This document shows positions 41,839-52,644 of a stretch of DNA of 64,000 nucleotides, piece by piece (position 1 is the first letter of the stretch; each line of letters starts with the position of its first letter). The notes beneath the pieces were generated by a model, which worked only from the letters and a program-made list of their open reading frames with translations, was not told the origin of the DNA and searched no databases. The translations under genes were made by a program, and so were the position numbers. Origin of the DNA: Alphaproteobacteria bacterium (lineage in GTDB: Bacteria > Pseudomonadota > Alphaproteobacteria > UBA8317); NCBI GenBank assembly GCA_038131935.1, contig JAYPQH010000037.1, positions 32,001-96,000 of the forward strand, written 5' to 3'.

Positions 41839-43002
41839 ATGAATGCTATGAGCCCCACCCAAGCTATATTGGAAACATTAGAAGAAGATCAGCGCATGAT
41901 TGTCGAGACGGCGCAAGCATTCGCACGCGATGAATTGCGGCCTAACTCAGCGCGTTGGGATAAAGAAGGGGCGCTTCCAAGGGCGATGCTTGATCAACTT
42001 GGTGGTTTGGGTTTTTTAGGTATGACAGTGCCTGCTGAGCATAATGGTGTTGAAACCGATTATGTCACATATGCCTTGTCGCTGATGGAAATCGCGGCTG
42101 GTGATGCGGCTACCTCCGTGGTCATGAGTGTGCATAATTCTCCCGCTTGTGCCGTGTATCATATGTATGGAAATGAGGCACAAAAAGAGCGCTTTTTAAA
42201 GCCCATGGCTTTAGGGGAGCAGATAGGCGCGTTCGCACTCACAGAGCCTGGTGCTGGATCTGATGCGTCAAACCTTCGGACCAGAGCTACAGCCGTTGAA
42301 GGCGGCTGGAAAATTAATGGAGCAAAACAGTTTATTTCAAATGGGTCTATTGCTGGCAATACTGTTGTTTTCGCAGTGACTGATCCTGACGCTGGCAAAC
42401 GCGGCATTACTGCTTTTGCTGTCCCAACTGACACCCCAGGGTACCAACTGGCCAGACTTGAAGATAAGCTAGGTATCAAAGCATCAGACACAGCAGCATT
42501 ATCTTTTGATGATATGTTTGTTCCAGATGAGGCCATTATTGGCACGCTTGGCATGGGGTATAAAATTGCTTTATCAACCCTGGAATCAGGGCGTATCGGT
42601 ATAGGTGCACAGGCCGTCGGTATCGCTATGGAGGCTGTCTCTCGGGCTCTTGCTTATGCGCAAGAACGCAAAGCCTTTGATGTTCCCATTTATGAATTGC
42701 AGGCGGTGCAGTTCCGCTTGGTCGATGCTGCGACCCGACTTGAAGCCGCACGTCAAATGGTCATCCATGCCGCACAGCTGAAAAACCGCGGTTTGCCATG
42801 CATAAGAGAGGCTTGTATGGCGAAACTATTCGCATCAGAGGTTGCAGAAACAATCGTGAGTGAATGCCTTCAAGTGCTCGGAGGTTATGGATATTTACAT
42901 GATTATGAAATGGAGCGCCTCCATCGCGATGTAAGAATTTGTAAAATCTATGAAGGAACGTCGGATATACAAAAACTTATCATTGCCAGGCATTTGATTT
43001 AA
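41839..43002 (+). CDS. Short/branched-chain acyl-CoA dehydrogenase
   Basis: GAFALTEPGAGSDA, KLGIKASDT, LESGRIGI, LGGYGY, RDVRICKIYEGTSDIQ. Confidence 0.93.
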   Translation: MNAMSPTQAILETLEEDQRMIVETAQAFARDELRPNSARWDKEGALPRAMLDQLGGLGFLGMTVPAEHNGVETDYVTYALSLMEIAAGDAATSVVMSVHNSPACAVYHMYGNEAQKERFLKPMALGEQIGAFALTEPGAGSDASNLRTRATAVEGGWKINGAKQFISNGSIAGNTVVFAVTDPDAGKRGITAFAVPTDTPGYQLARLEDKLGIKASDTAALSFDDMFVPDEAIIGTLGMGYKIALSTLESGRIGIGAQAVGIAMEAVSRALAYAQERKAFDVPIYELQAVQFRLVDAATRLEAARQMVIHAAQLKNRGLPCIREACMAKLFASEVAETIVSECLQVLGGYGYLHDYEMERLHRDVRICKIYEGTSDIQKLIIARHLI

Positions 43003-43003
43003 A

Positions 43004-43417
43004 ATGCAGGCTGACCAGGTTTTAACCTTAATCAAAGAGCAAATCCCCTTTGTTGGGCAGCTTGATATGAGGTTTTTAGAATTCAACGCGGATAGAGTTG
43101 AGTTAGAATGTTTGTTGGATGAAGGGCATGCCCGACCAGGTGGAACCATATCTGGACCTGTGATGATGGCACTGGGGGATGTTGTTGCCTACGCATGCAT
43201 TCTCGCGCGTAACCCTATGGCATTATCGTCTGTAACGGTCGGGTTTCAGGTTCATTTTTTTCGCAGGCCAAAGCCTGATAAAATTCGTGTTTCTGGCAAA
43301 GTTATGAAAATGGGGAGACGGCTGGCGTTTTGTGACATCTTGCTGTTTCAAGAAAGTGAGAAAAATCCCGTGGCACAAATTACCTGCTCTTATGCCATTG
43401 CTGAGGGCAATGGATAA
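43004..43417 (+). CDS. PaaI-family thioesterase
   Basis: RPGGTISGPVMMALGD, FFRRP, K.GRRL hotdog-fold motifs. Confidence 0.88.
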   Translation: MQADQVLTLIKEQIPFVGQLDMRFLEFNADRVELECLLDEGHARPGGTISGPVMMALGDVVAYACILARNPMALSSVTVGFQVHFFRRPKPDKIRVSGKVMKMGRRLAFCDILLFQESEKNPVAQITCSYAIAEGNG

Positions 43418-43512
43418 CAGCAAAAATTTTCTAGTAACCTGTATTTCTGGCTTGCCCTTCTCTCTGCGCTTCGACAGGATCAGGACGAATAAAAATTGGG
43501 AGTTTGCAGAAC

Positions 43513-44295
43513 ATGGATATGGAATTTGAGACCATCAAAACTTGGCAAGAAGGTGCGGTCGCTGTCATTCAGTTGGATCGCCCTAAGGCACTGAATGCGT
43601 TTAATGCACAACTGATGAATGAACTTGGAGATGCGGTGCATGAAGCGGATCATAACGCTGATGTAAAAGTCATTGTTATCACGGGCTCAGATCGTGCTTT
43701 TGCTGCGGGTGCGGACATCAAAGAGATGGTCGATAAAGATTTTTCAGCCGTTTTTAACGAGGACTTTATAAGTAAGTCTTGGGAAGAAGTAACAAAAATC
43801 CGAAAGCCGGTTATAGCAGCTGTTGCAGGTTTTGCTTTGGGCGGCGGTTGTGAATTGGCGATGATGTGCGACATGATCATTGCTGCTGATAATGCCCAAT
43901 TTGGTCAGCCGGAAATAAAAATTGGTACCATGCCAGGGGCGGGTGGATCGCAGCGTATGGCGCGTGCAATCGGAAAGGCAAAAACCATGGACATGGTGTT
44001 GACGGGGCGAATGATGGATGCCGAGGAAGCAGAGCGATCTGGTTTGGTGGCCCGCATTGTTCCCCTAGATAAGCTCATGGAAGAGACATTAAAAGCAGCA
44101 CAGATGATGGCATCATATTCATTGCCTACGCTGATGATGGCCAAAGAAGCTGTCAATATGTCGCAAGAAACCGGATTGAGTGCGGGTATAAAGTTTGAAC
44201 GGCGTATTTTTCACTCAAGTTTTGGCTTGGATGATCGCAAAGAAGGCATGACCGCATTTATAGAGAAGCGTAAGCCAGAATTTAAGGAGCGATGA
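43513..44295 (+). CDS. Enoyl-CoA hydratase
   Basis: AFAAGADIKEM, GGGCELAMMCD, FGQPEIKIG..PG.GGSQR, EGM.AF.EKR. Confidence 0.94.
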   Translation: MDMEFETIKTWQEGAVAVIQLDRPKALNAFNAQLMNELGDAVHEADHNADVKVIVITGSDRAFAAGADIKEMVDKDFSAVFNEDFISKSWEEVTKIRKPVIAAVAGFALGGGCELAMMCDMIIAADNAQFGQPEIKIGTMPGAGGSQRMARAIGKAKTMDMVLTGRMMDAEEAERSGLVARIVPLDKLMEETLKAAQMMASYSLPTLMMAKEAVNMSQETGLSAGIKFERRIFHSSFGLDDRKEGMTAFIEKRKPEFKER

Positions 44296-45539
44296 GCATG
44301 AAATTTCCTGATCCACGTGAAAAAAGAGACCCTCGCGAACGTGTAATTGAGCAAATTGCGTCGTTCAATGAGCATGTTGCATTTGCACGTATGCATGCGC
44401 CATTCATGCGTGGCCATTTGCAACATGCACCAGCTAGAATTTCATCATTGCAAGATTTGCAAGAATTTCCATTGCTCAGAAAATCAGATCTGAGTTCTCT
44501 TCAAAAAGGCGATATCTACGGGGGCTTGGTGGCCGAGACTAGCAAATTGGCTCATATCTACAGATCCCCTGGTCCCATCAATGATTTTGATGGTCATGGC
44601 GAGGACTGGTGGCGTTTCGCACGCGCACTACATGCCGCTGGTATAGGTCCAGGGGATTTGGTGCAAAACTGTTTTTCTTACCATTTTACCCCTGCAGGCA
44701 TCATGTTTGAGCGGGCTGCCTTATCACTGGGGGCAACGGTATTCCCAGCAGGTCCTGGTCAAACTGAAGCGCAGGCTGAGGTGATGCATGCGTTACATGT
44801 CACCGCATATGCGGGGGTACCTGATTTTTTGAAAATTATTCTACAAAAAGCTGATAGCTTGGGATTGGATACCTCTTATTTGGTCAAGGCTGTTGTGTCA
44901 GGTGGCCCCTTATTCCCCAATGTGCGTCAATGGTTAGAAGAACGTGGCATTGCGGTGTTTCAAAGCTATGGAACTGCGGACCTTGGATTGGTTGCCTATG
45001 AATCAAGCCCTGAATCTGGATTGATCGTGGATGAAGATGCCTTGGTGGAAATCGTTCGGCCTGGAACAGGGGAGCATGTTGAACCTGGTGAGGTTGGAGA
45101 GATTGTGGTGACGCCTTTGGGCAGGAGGGAATACCCTCTTGTGCGCTTTGCAACCGGTGATTTGTCAGCCGTTGTGGAAGGGCCTGGTCCATTTGGTCGC
45201 ACCAACATGCGCCTCAAAGGCTGGATGGGACGGGCAGATCAAACAACCAAGGTGCGTGGAATGTTTGTTCATCCGTCTCAAATTGATCAGATCTGCAAAG
45301 ATATTCAAGCGCGCAAGGCAAGAGCTATTGTTCGTCGGGAGGACGGAAATGACGTGATGGATATTCAGATTGTCTTGAATGAAGGCCAAAATCCAGAGGA
45401 TGCAAAACTTATGAGAAACACCCAAATGGCCATTGAAAAATTTTTAAAACTTAAAGCTTCTATTGATTTTGTTTCCGTTGAATCTTTGCCAAATGATGGC
45501 AAAATTATTGACGATCAACGTGACTTTGGAGCGTCATAA
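44292..45539 (+). CDS. Phenylacetate-CoA ligase family protein
   Basis: SPGPI, NCFSYHFTPAG, YGTADLG, YPLVRFATGDLS, GWMGRADQTTKVRGMFV. Confidence 0.88.
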   Translation: MSMKFPDPREKRDPRERVIEQIASFNEHVAFARMHAPFMRGHLQHAPARISSLQDLQEFPLLRKSDLSSLQKGDIYGGLVAETSKLAHIYRSPGPINDFDGHGEDWWRFARALHAAGIGPGDLVQNCFSYHFTPAGIMFERAALSLGATVFPAGPGQTEAQAEVMHALHVTAYAGVPDFLKIILQKADSLGLDTSYLVKAVVSGGPLFPNVRQWLEERGIAVFQSYGTADLGLVAYESSPESGLIVDEDALVEIVRPGTGEHVEPGEVGEIVVTPLGRREYPLVRFATGDLSAVVEGPGPFGRTNMRLKGWMGRADQTTKVRGMFVHPSQIDQICKDIQARKARAIVRREDGNDVMDIQIVLNEGQNPEDAKLMRNTQMAIEKFLKLKASIDFVSVESLPNDGKIIDDQRDFGAS

Positions 45540-46285
45540 TGGACTTGGAAAACAAAAAGATATTGATCACTGGTGGTGCATCCGGTCTGGGCCACGCGAC
45601 TGCAACCTACTTTAAAAAAATAGGTGCGGTCCCCATTTTGGCAGATTTGCCCGGTACTGCGCTTGAAGAAACTGCAGCGGCATTGGGGGTATCTGCGCTT
45701 GGAATGGATGTCACCAAATCAGAGGATGTTTCCCTTGCTTTGCAAAGTTTGGATCGCCTTGATGGGGTGGTCAATTGTGCAGGTATAGCCCCTGCAAAAA
45801 AGATACTTGGTCGCCAAGGGCCACATGATCTAGAGCTTTACGCACGTGTTATATCTGTCAACCTTGTTGGAACATTCAACGTTTTGCGCTTAGGTGCGGA
45901 GAAGATGGCCGTGAATGAACCCAATGAACATGGTGAACGCGGTGGTATTGTGAACACAGCGTCTGTGGCCGCATTCGAGGGGCAAATCGGTCAAGCGGCT
46001 TATGCTTCCTCAAAGGGCGGTGTTGTTTCTTTAACATTGGTAGCCGCACGTGAGCTGGCATCTATTGGTGTAAGGGTGAACACAATCGCACCCGGAATTT
46101 TTGCAACGCCCATGTTGATGTCACTTGGTGATGAGGTGGTAGCGTCGCTTGAGGAGACAACTATTTTCCCAAAGCGGCTAGGTGATCCAGAAGAATTTGG
46201 AAAATTGGTTGAAACCTGTTTTACAAACCCTATGCTTAATGCCGCAGTTTTAAGGCTTGATGGCGCACTGCGGATGATGCCATAA
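45539..46285 (+). CDS. SDR, type II 3-hydroxyacyl-CoA dehydrogenase-like
   Basis: [46 protein letters not shown]. Confidence 0.92.
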   Translation: MDLENKKILITGGASGLGHATATYFKKIGAVPILADLPGTALEETAAALGVSALGMDVTKSEDVSLALQSLDRLDGVVNCAGIAPAKKILGRQGPHDLELYARVISVNLVGTFNVLRLGAEKMAVNEPNEHGERGGIVNTASVAAFEGQIGQAAYASSKGGVVSLTLVAARELASIGVRVNTIAPGIFATPMLMSLGDEVVASLEETTIFPKRLGDPEEFGKLVETCFTNPMLNAAVLRLDGALRMMP

Positions 46286-46359
46286 CAATTCAAACAAAAC
46301 GGGCTTCTAAAAAGTCTGGGTGAAACACGACCCCAAATATTAAGGGGCTACATGGGAGG

Positions 46360-48331
46360 ATGAGCGACGTGACCGACGCCGTGACTTTGCCTGCGGATGC
46401 GCAGTCATTTCCAAAACTATTGTGCCGGAATGCAAAATTATTCCAGCAGGATATTGGGTACCGTGAGAAAGAATTTGGTATTTGGCAGTCTTGGACATGG
46501 TCGAAGGCTGAGCAATCCGCCCGTCAAACGGCGTTGGGACTCCTGGCTATGGGGCTACAGCCTGGAGAGAAGGTCGCCATTGTTGGCTCCAATCGTGTAG
46601 AGCTTTATCTATCGATGATTGCTGTGCAGATGGCATCTGGGATTCCTGTGCCATGTTACCATGATTCTGGGGTTGCGGAGATGAGCTACGTTATGGCTCA
46701 TAGCGGCGCTCGTATCGCAATTGTTGAAGACCAAGAGCAAGTGGATAAATGTATAGAAATCCAGCAGACCGTCCCTTCATTGCAAGAGGTTGTTTATTTA
46801 AACCCACGCGGTTTAAGAAAATATGATCACAAGCATCTGAAAAGTCTTGAAACCTTGCGAGAAATTGGCCAAGCCCATCGGGAAGAGTGGGCTTCGAGAC
46901 TGGATCAAAATATATCAGCGCAAGTTGAAGATGATACCTGCGTTATTTTGTATACATCGGGAACCACAGGAAATCCAAAAGGTGTGGTGCTTACCAACAA
47001 GAATGTTATTGCGACGGCGAAGTCATCATCTGAGTTTGATGGGTTGACGCATAAAGATTCCATGTTGGCTTACCTTCCCATGGCTTGGGTGGGAGATTTC
47101 ATTTTTTCCATGGGGCAGTGCCTTTGGTGTGGTTTTTCTATCAATTGCCCGGAATCTGCGGAAACAATGCAGTCAGATCTTCGCGAGATTGGGCCAACCT
47201 ATTTCTTCGCACCTCCTCGTTATTATGAAAGTTTGCTCACCAATATTTCAGTGAGAATTGAAGATGCAGGCAAGTTTAAGCGTGGATTGTACAACCATTT
47301 CATGAAGCTCGCCGGAGAGGTTGGTGAGGATATTCTGAATGGCAAGGATGTGGGTTTCGGCAAAAGGTTTCAATATTGGTTAGGTGGGTTGTTCATTTAT
47401 GGGCCGTTGTTGGACACCATCGGGCTTCGACGTGTGAGGGTTGGTTATACTGCTGGTGAGGCAGTAGGAGCTGAGTTGTTTGGGTATTTTCGATCCATGG
47501 GGCTTAATCTAAAGCAGCTATATGGTCAGACAGAAGCAGCTGTCTTTATCACGCAGCATCCTCATAACGCAGTTTATACAGATACAGTGGGTGTAGCGAC
47601 GCCTGGCGTGGAGCTTAAGATTTCAGAAGGCGGTGAGGTTCTGTATCGCTCCCTGGCGCTTTTAAAGAATATTACAACAATCCAGAAGCTACAGAAGAAA
47701 CCAAATCATCAGATGGATGGGTCTCTACGGGTGATGCTGGGTTTATCGATGAGCGCAATGGACAATTACGTATCATTGACCGTGCGAAGGATGTGGGGAA
47801 ACTTGCTGACGGAAGTCTGTTTGCCCCTAAATATGTAGAGAATAAGCTAAGTTTTACCCAAATATTCTGGAAGCGGTTGTATTTGGTAACTGTCGTGATC
47901 ATTGCAATGCCTTTATCAATATTGATTTGACAGCTGTCGGTAACTGGGCTGAGCGCAACTACATTGCGTATTCATCATACCAAGAGCTTGCTGCGCATCC
48001 AAAGGTCTACGAGATGATCAAGTCAGAAATTGAATCGGTGAATGCATCCTTGGCCGAAGATCCAATGTTATCAGCCTGTCAGGTGAACCGTTTTTTAATT
48101 CTGCACAAAGAACTGGATGCAGACGATGGTGAGCTCACACGGACACGAAAAGTTCGTCGTCGTATTATTGAGCAAAAGTTTCATGACCTTGTTGATGCAT
48201 TGTATTCTGATGTTTCGCGCATCAAGACAACAACAGAGGTGACCTATGAAGATGGTCGCAAGGGAAGTATTAGCGCTGAGCTTGTGATCGAGAACGTAAA
48301 GACCTTCGATAGAAAGGCCAAATCAGCATGA
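46360..48331 (+). CDS. Long-chain fatty-acid-CoA ligase (AMP-binding), frameshifts at ~47650-47900
   Basis: REKEFGIWQ, LYTSGTTGNPKG, LKQLYGQTE, (TGDAG, IIDRAKD in a shifted frame), LHKELDADDGELTRTRKVRR. Confidence 0.9.
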
Positions 48332-49173
48332 ATGATCAGGTAATGGACAAAGTGGATGATGGTTACATCACGCCGGATGGCCGTAAGATTGGTGGAACAG
48401 TCCTAGAGGTGAAAAATATCACCTTGAGATTTGGAGGGGTTGTTGCCATCAAAGATATTTCATTCGACATCAAACAGGGTGAGATCCGTGCAATCATTGG
48501 CCCGAACGGAGCAGGTAAATCTTCCATGCTCAATGTAATCAATGGTTTTTATCATCCTCAAGAAGGAGAGATATATTTCCGTGGAGAGAAGCGAGGCCCA
48601 ATGAAGCCTTATGAGATTGCCCGTCAGGGTATCGCGCGTACCTTCCAAAATATTGCGTTGTTTAAGGGGATGTCGACACTTGATAACATCATGACTGGTC
48701 GCTTTACCCACATGCATTCGTCGTTGTTTTCACAGATGTTATGGTGGGGACCTGCTGAACAGGAAGAGGTTGATAACCGTGAAATTGTCGAAAAAGTCAT
48801 TGATTTCTTGGAAATTCAATCGATCAGAAAGGCACCTGTTGGAAGCCTTCCCTACGGTCTTCAGAAGCGCGTGGAGTTGGGGCGTGCATTGGCTGCTCAA
48901 CCCTCTTTGCTGCTTTTGGACGAGCCAATGGCGGGTATGAATGTGGAAGAAAAAGAAGATATGAGCCGCTTCATTTTGGATGTGAATGACGAATTTGGTA
49001 CAACCATTGCGCTCATTGAGCATGACATGGGTGTGGTCATGGATATCTCAGACCGGGTTGTGGTTCTTGATTATGGACAGAAAATTGGTGACGGGACCCC
49101 TGATGAGGTGCGTTCAAATCAAAAAGTTATAGATGCCTATCTGGGTGTCGTGAGCGATGGTGAAGGGGCGTAA
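48328..49173 (+). CDS. Liv-type ABC transporter ATP-binding protein (LivG-like)
   Basis: GPNGAGKSS, RTFQN, LPYGLQKRVEL, LLLDEP, IEHDM. Confidence 0.93.
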   Translation: MNDQVMDKVDDGYITPDGRKIGGTVLEVKNITLRFGGVVAIKDISFDIKQGEIRAIIGPNGAGKSSMLNVINGFYHPQEGEIYFRGEKRGPMKPYEIARQGIARTFQNIALFKGMSTLDNIMTGRFTHMHSSLFSQMLWWGPAEQEEVDNREIVEKVIDFLEIQSIRKAPVGSLPYGLQKRVELGRALAAQPSLLLLDEPMAGMNVEEKEDMSRFILDVNDEFGTTIALIEHDMGVVMDISDRVVVLDYGQKIGDGTPDEVRSNQKVIDAYLGVVSDGEGA

Positions 49174-49175
49174 TA

Positions 49176-50156
49176 ATGGAATCATTATTGATACTCTTAG
49201 AGGTAACAATTAACGGGCTGATGGCTGGAGTGCTCTATTCATTGGTGGCGTTGGGATTCGTCTTTATTTTCAAGGCATCTGGTATTTTTAATTATGCTCA
49301 AGGCGTGATGGCACTGTTTGCTGCAATGACCTTGGTGGGCTTTATTGAGGGAAGAGTTCCCTTTGCTCATATGATAAATATCGTGTTTGGGACAAATATA
49401 CATCACTTTGGATTTCATGCGCCGGTATTGGTGGCATTGGTTGGAACAGCCCTTGTGATGTTCTTATTTGCGGTGATCGTTGAAAAATACATCTTGCGGC
49501 ATTTGGTCAACCAAGCTCCCATTATTTTGTTCATGGCAACCATTGGCCTGGCCTTCTTTATGGAAGGGTTCGGGGACATGATGTGGGGGTCAGACGTGAA
49601 GACCCTGGATATCGGTATTCCATCAGGAATGTCACTGACCATTGATGAACTGACCTACCCAATGGGCTATGGGATGTATATAGACCAGCTTGATATTTAC
49701 GCAGCTCTGATTGCCGTTGCTTTGGTGGTAGGGCTTACCATGTTCTCTCAATACACCAAAACCGGGCGTGCCCTGCGGGCTGTGGCGGATGACCACCAAG
49801 CAGCACTTTCTGTGGGCATCACCCTTCGCTCTATTTGGGTTATTGTTTGGACTATTGCGGGCATTGTGGCCTTGGTTGGTGGTGTCCTCTGGGGGTCAAA
49901 ATCAGGTGTACAGTTTTCTCTATCTTTAATTGCGTTGAAAGCATTGCCAGTATTGTTCTTGGGAGGACTTACATCCATCCCCGGTGCAATTGTTGGTGGT
50001 TTGATCATTGGCGTTGGCGAAAAATTATTTGAATTTGGCGTTGGTCCTTTGATTGGTGGCGCCACGGAAAATTGGTTTGCTTATGTCGTGGCTTTGTTGT
50101 TCCTCGTCTTCCGTCCACAAGGACTGTTTGGCGAGAAGATCATTGAGAGGGTGTAG
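49176..50156 (+). CDS. Liv-type ABC transporter permease (LivH-like)
   Basis: NGLMAGVLYSLVALG, GRALRAVADD, GGLTSIPGA, RPQGLFG. Confidence 0.93.
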   Translation: MESLLILLEVTINGLMAGVLYSLVALGFVFIFKASGIFNYAQGVMALFAAMTLVGFIEGRVPFAHMINIVFGTNIHHFGFHAPVLVALVGTALVMFLFAVIVEKYILRHLVNQAPIILFMATIGLAFFMEGFGDMMWGSDVKTLDIGIPSGMSLTIDELTYPMGYGMYIDQLDIYAALIAVALVVGLTMFSQYTKTGRALRAVADDHQAALSVGITLRSIWVIVWTIAGIVALVGGVLWGSKSGVQFSLSLIALKALPVLFLGGLTSIPGAIVGGLIIGVGEKLFEFGVGPLIGGATENWFAYVVALLFLVFRPQGLFGEKIIERV

Positions 50157-50158
50157 TC

Positions 50159-51235
50159 ATGTTTTATCGCGAAAGTGGCGAATTTAAATCTAGTTATCGC
50201 GGCGATAACCGTACGTTCCCAATGTCTTATGATGTGAAAATTCATATTTTCATGATGTTGGTGGCGATATTTGCTATCCCTATGGTCATTACTGATTACT
50301 GGGCCGGTGCCATCCTGTTGCCCTTTATGATTTATTCAATTGCATCGATCGGTTTAAATCTCTTGACGGGATATAGTGGGCAGGTGAGCTTAGGAACCGG
50401 TGCGTTTATGGCCGTAGGTGCCTATGCGTCATATAAGCTTATGACGAGTTTCCCAGAATTGAATATTGTTTTTGTTGTTCTTGGATCAGGTATTGTCACC
50501 GCAGCGGTTGGCGTGTTTTTTGGACTTCCTTCCTTGCGCATCAAAGGTTTCTATCTTGCCGTGGCTACATTGGCTGCACAGTTCTTCCTTGTGTGGCTAT
50601 TTAACAAGGTAGGTTGGTTTTATAACTATTCGGCAACCGGACAAATCACCTCACCTGAGCGTACCCTTTTTGGGTTTGCGGTCACAGGTGCCAATGCCAC
50701 AACAGAAGTGCGCTATCTCTTTTGCTTGGCCTTTGTTGTGGTGCTAGGGTGGGCAGCCAAAAACCTTACACGCGGGAAAATAGGGCGTAGTTGGATGGCC
50801 ATTAGGGACATGGATATTGCCGCTGAGATCATAGGGGTTAATCCTATGATGGCAAAAATGTCAGCATTCGCGGTCAGTTCGTTCTACGTAGGGATTTCTG
50901 GTTCACTTCTGTTTACAGTTTTTTATGGTGCTATCGAGGTGACGGAAGTTTTTGGTATTGAGCGCTCTTTCCTCATCTTATTTATGATTATCATTGGGGG
51001 TCTAGGATCCCTTTTGGGTAGTTTCATCGGTGCAGCCTTCATGGTTATCATGCCTGTTTTGCTCAAGAATATTCTTGTGACAGGGCTTGGATGGCCTACA
51101 GACGTTGCCACACATTTTGAATTCATGATTGTGGGCGCACTGATCATTATCTTCCTTATTGCCGAACCTGATGGATTGGCAAAACTTTGGGGTCTTGCCA
51201 AACAGAAGTTGAGGCTTTGGCCCTTCCCGCACTGA
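50159..51235 (+). CDS. Liv-type ABC transporter permease (LivM-like)
   Basis: GLNLLTGYSGQVSLG, LRIKGFYLAVATLA, GRSWMAIRD, IIGGLGS. Confidence 0.93.
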   Translation: MFYRESGEFKSSYRGDNRTFPMSYDVKIHIFMMLVAIFAIPMVITDYWAGAILLPFMIYSIASIGLNLLTGYSGQVSLGTGAFMAVGAYASYKLMTSFPELNIVFVVLGSGIVTAAVGVFFGLPSLRIKGFYLAVATLAAQFFLVWLFNKVGWFYNYSATGQITSPERTLFGFAVTGANATTEVRYLFCLAFVVVLGWAAKNLTRGKIGRSWMAIRDMDIAAEIIGVNPMMAKMSAFAVSSFYVGISGSLLFTVFYGAIEVTEVFGIERSFLILFMIIIGGLGSLLGSFIGAAFMVIMPVLLKNILVTGLGWPTDVATHFEFMIVGALIIIFLIAEPDGLAKLWGLAKQKLRLWPFPH

Positions 51236-51293
51236 GGAAGGCAGCACCATCACAAAGATGGTGTATACATAAAAACACTCCAAGGAGGTAAAC

Positions 51294-52583
51294 ATGGGTG
51301 TAAAAAAAATTATGGGGATCGCCGCTGTCGCTGCAGTGTTCGCTATTCCTGCTATGGCGGAGTCACTCAAGGTGGTTACGCTTGGATACCGTACCGGTGC
51401 ATACGCGCCTAACGGCATTCCTTCACAGGATGGATTTGTTGACGCCATCAAACTTGTCAACGAACGCGATGGTGGTGCCAATGGTGTGACCATTGAAGCC
51501 ATTGAATGTGAAACAGGTTACAAAACAGATAAGGGTGTTGAGTGCTATGAGGCTCTGAAAAAAGACTCTCTTGTATTTATTCCACGCTCAACCGGCATTA
51601 CCTATCAGTTGATCCCACGGGCAACATCTGATGGCACAACCATTTTCTCTATGGGTTATGGACGTACATCTGCAATGGATGGGAAGACGTTCCCATGGGT
51701 ATTTAACTTCCCTACAACATATTGGCATGGTGCTTCTGTTGCGGTGAATTACCTTCTTGGTGAAAATGGTGGTAGCTTGAAGGGCAAGAAGATCACTTTG
51801 CTCCACCATAACTCAGCATATGGTAAAGAACCAATCCGCACCTTGGAAAAACTTTCAGAAAAGCATGGGTTTGAGCTTGGCATCATTCCAGTCGACCACC
51901 CAGGCCAGGAACAGAAGTCACAATGGCTACAAATTCGCCGCGACCGCCCAGATTACGTTTTAATGTGGGGATGGGGTGTGATGAACCAAGTTGCTATCAA
52001 AGAAGCTTCTAACGTTCGCTTCCCATTAGAAAACTTCATGGGTATTTGGTGGTCAGGTTCAGAGCAGGACGTTGTACCTGTTGGTGAAGGTGCACATGGC
52101 TACAAAGCGCTGAACTTTGTGAAGGTTGGATCTGATGCGCCGGTGTTTAAGGATATTAAAAAGTATCTTGTCGACACAGGTAAGGTTACCGGTGATGGTA
52201 CCCATATTGGATCTGCAATTTACAACAAAACCTTCTTCGAAGCGATGTTGGTTGTAGAAGCGATCAAGACCGCGCAAAAGATGCATAACACAAAAATGAT
52301 CACAAAAGCCCAATTCCGTGATGGTATGGAAAACTTGGTTGTGACCGAAGAAACATTGGCATCATGGGGTATGGCTGGTTTTGCGGCTCCAATTTCAGTG
52401 AGCTGTGACAACCATACTGGTCAGGGCTATGCATTTGTTCAGCAGTGGGATGCTAAAAAAGGTGCATGGAACAAAGTATCTGATGACATTGCACCAGATA
52501 TGGATGTGATTGAGCCTTTAATCCGTGAAGATGCTGCGGGTTACGCTAAAGAAAATGGCATCACACCAAAGTGCATGTCTTAA
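51294..52583 (+). CDS. Liv-type ABC transporter substrate-binding protein
   Basis: Signal peptide, YRTGAYA, ECETGY, SAYGKEPI, WGWGVMN. AAGGAGG SD. Confidence 0.92.
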   Translation: MGVKKIMGIAAVAAVFAIPAMAESLKVVTLGYRTGAYAPNGIPSQDGFVDAIKLVNERDGGANGVTIEAIECETGYKTDKGVECYEALKKDSLVFIPRSTGITYQLIPRATSDGTTIFSMGYGRTSAMDGKTFPWVFNFPTTYWHGASVAVNYLLGENGGSLKGKKITLLHHNSAYGKEPIRTLEKLSEKHGFELGIIPVDHPGQEQKSQWLQIRRDRPDYVLMWGWGVMNQVAIKEASNVRFPLENFMGIWWSGSEQDVVPVGEGAHGYKALNFVKVGSDAPVFKDIKKYLVDTGKVTGDGTHIGSAIYNKTFFEAMLVVEAIKTAQKMHNTKMITKAQFRDGMENLVVTEETLASWGMAGFAAPISVSCDNHTGQGYAFVQQWDAKKGAWNKVSDDIAPDMDVIEPLIREDAAGYAKENGITPKCMS

Positions 52584-52593
52584 GATAATGAAT

Positions 52594-52619
52594 TTCTGGC
52601 CGGTTTTAACCGGCCAGAA
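52594..52619 (+). terminator. Intercistronic hairpin after the SBP gene (partial terminator or mRNA stabiliser)
   Basis: Perfect 12-nt inverted repeat TTCTGGCCGGTT-tt-AACCGGCCAGAA, with no long U tract. Confidence 0.6.
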
Positions 52620-52644
52620 GTTGTGAACAGGTGGGGATAGAAAA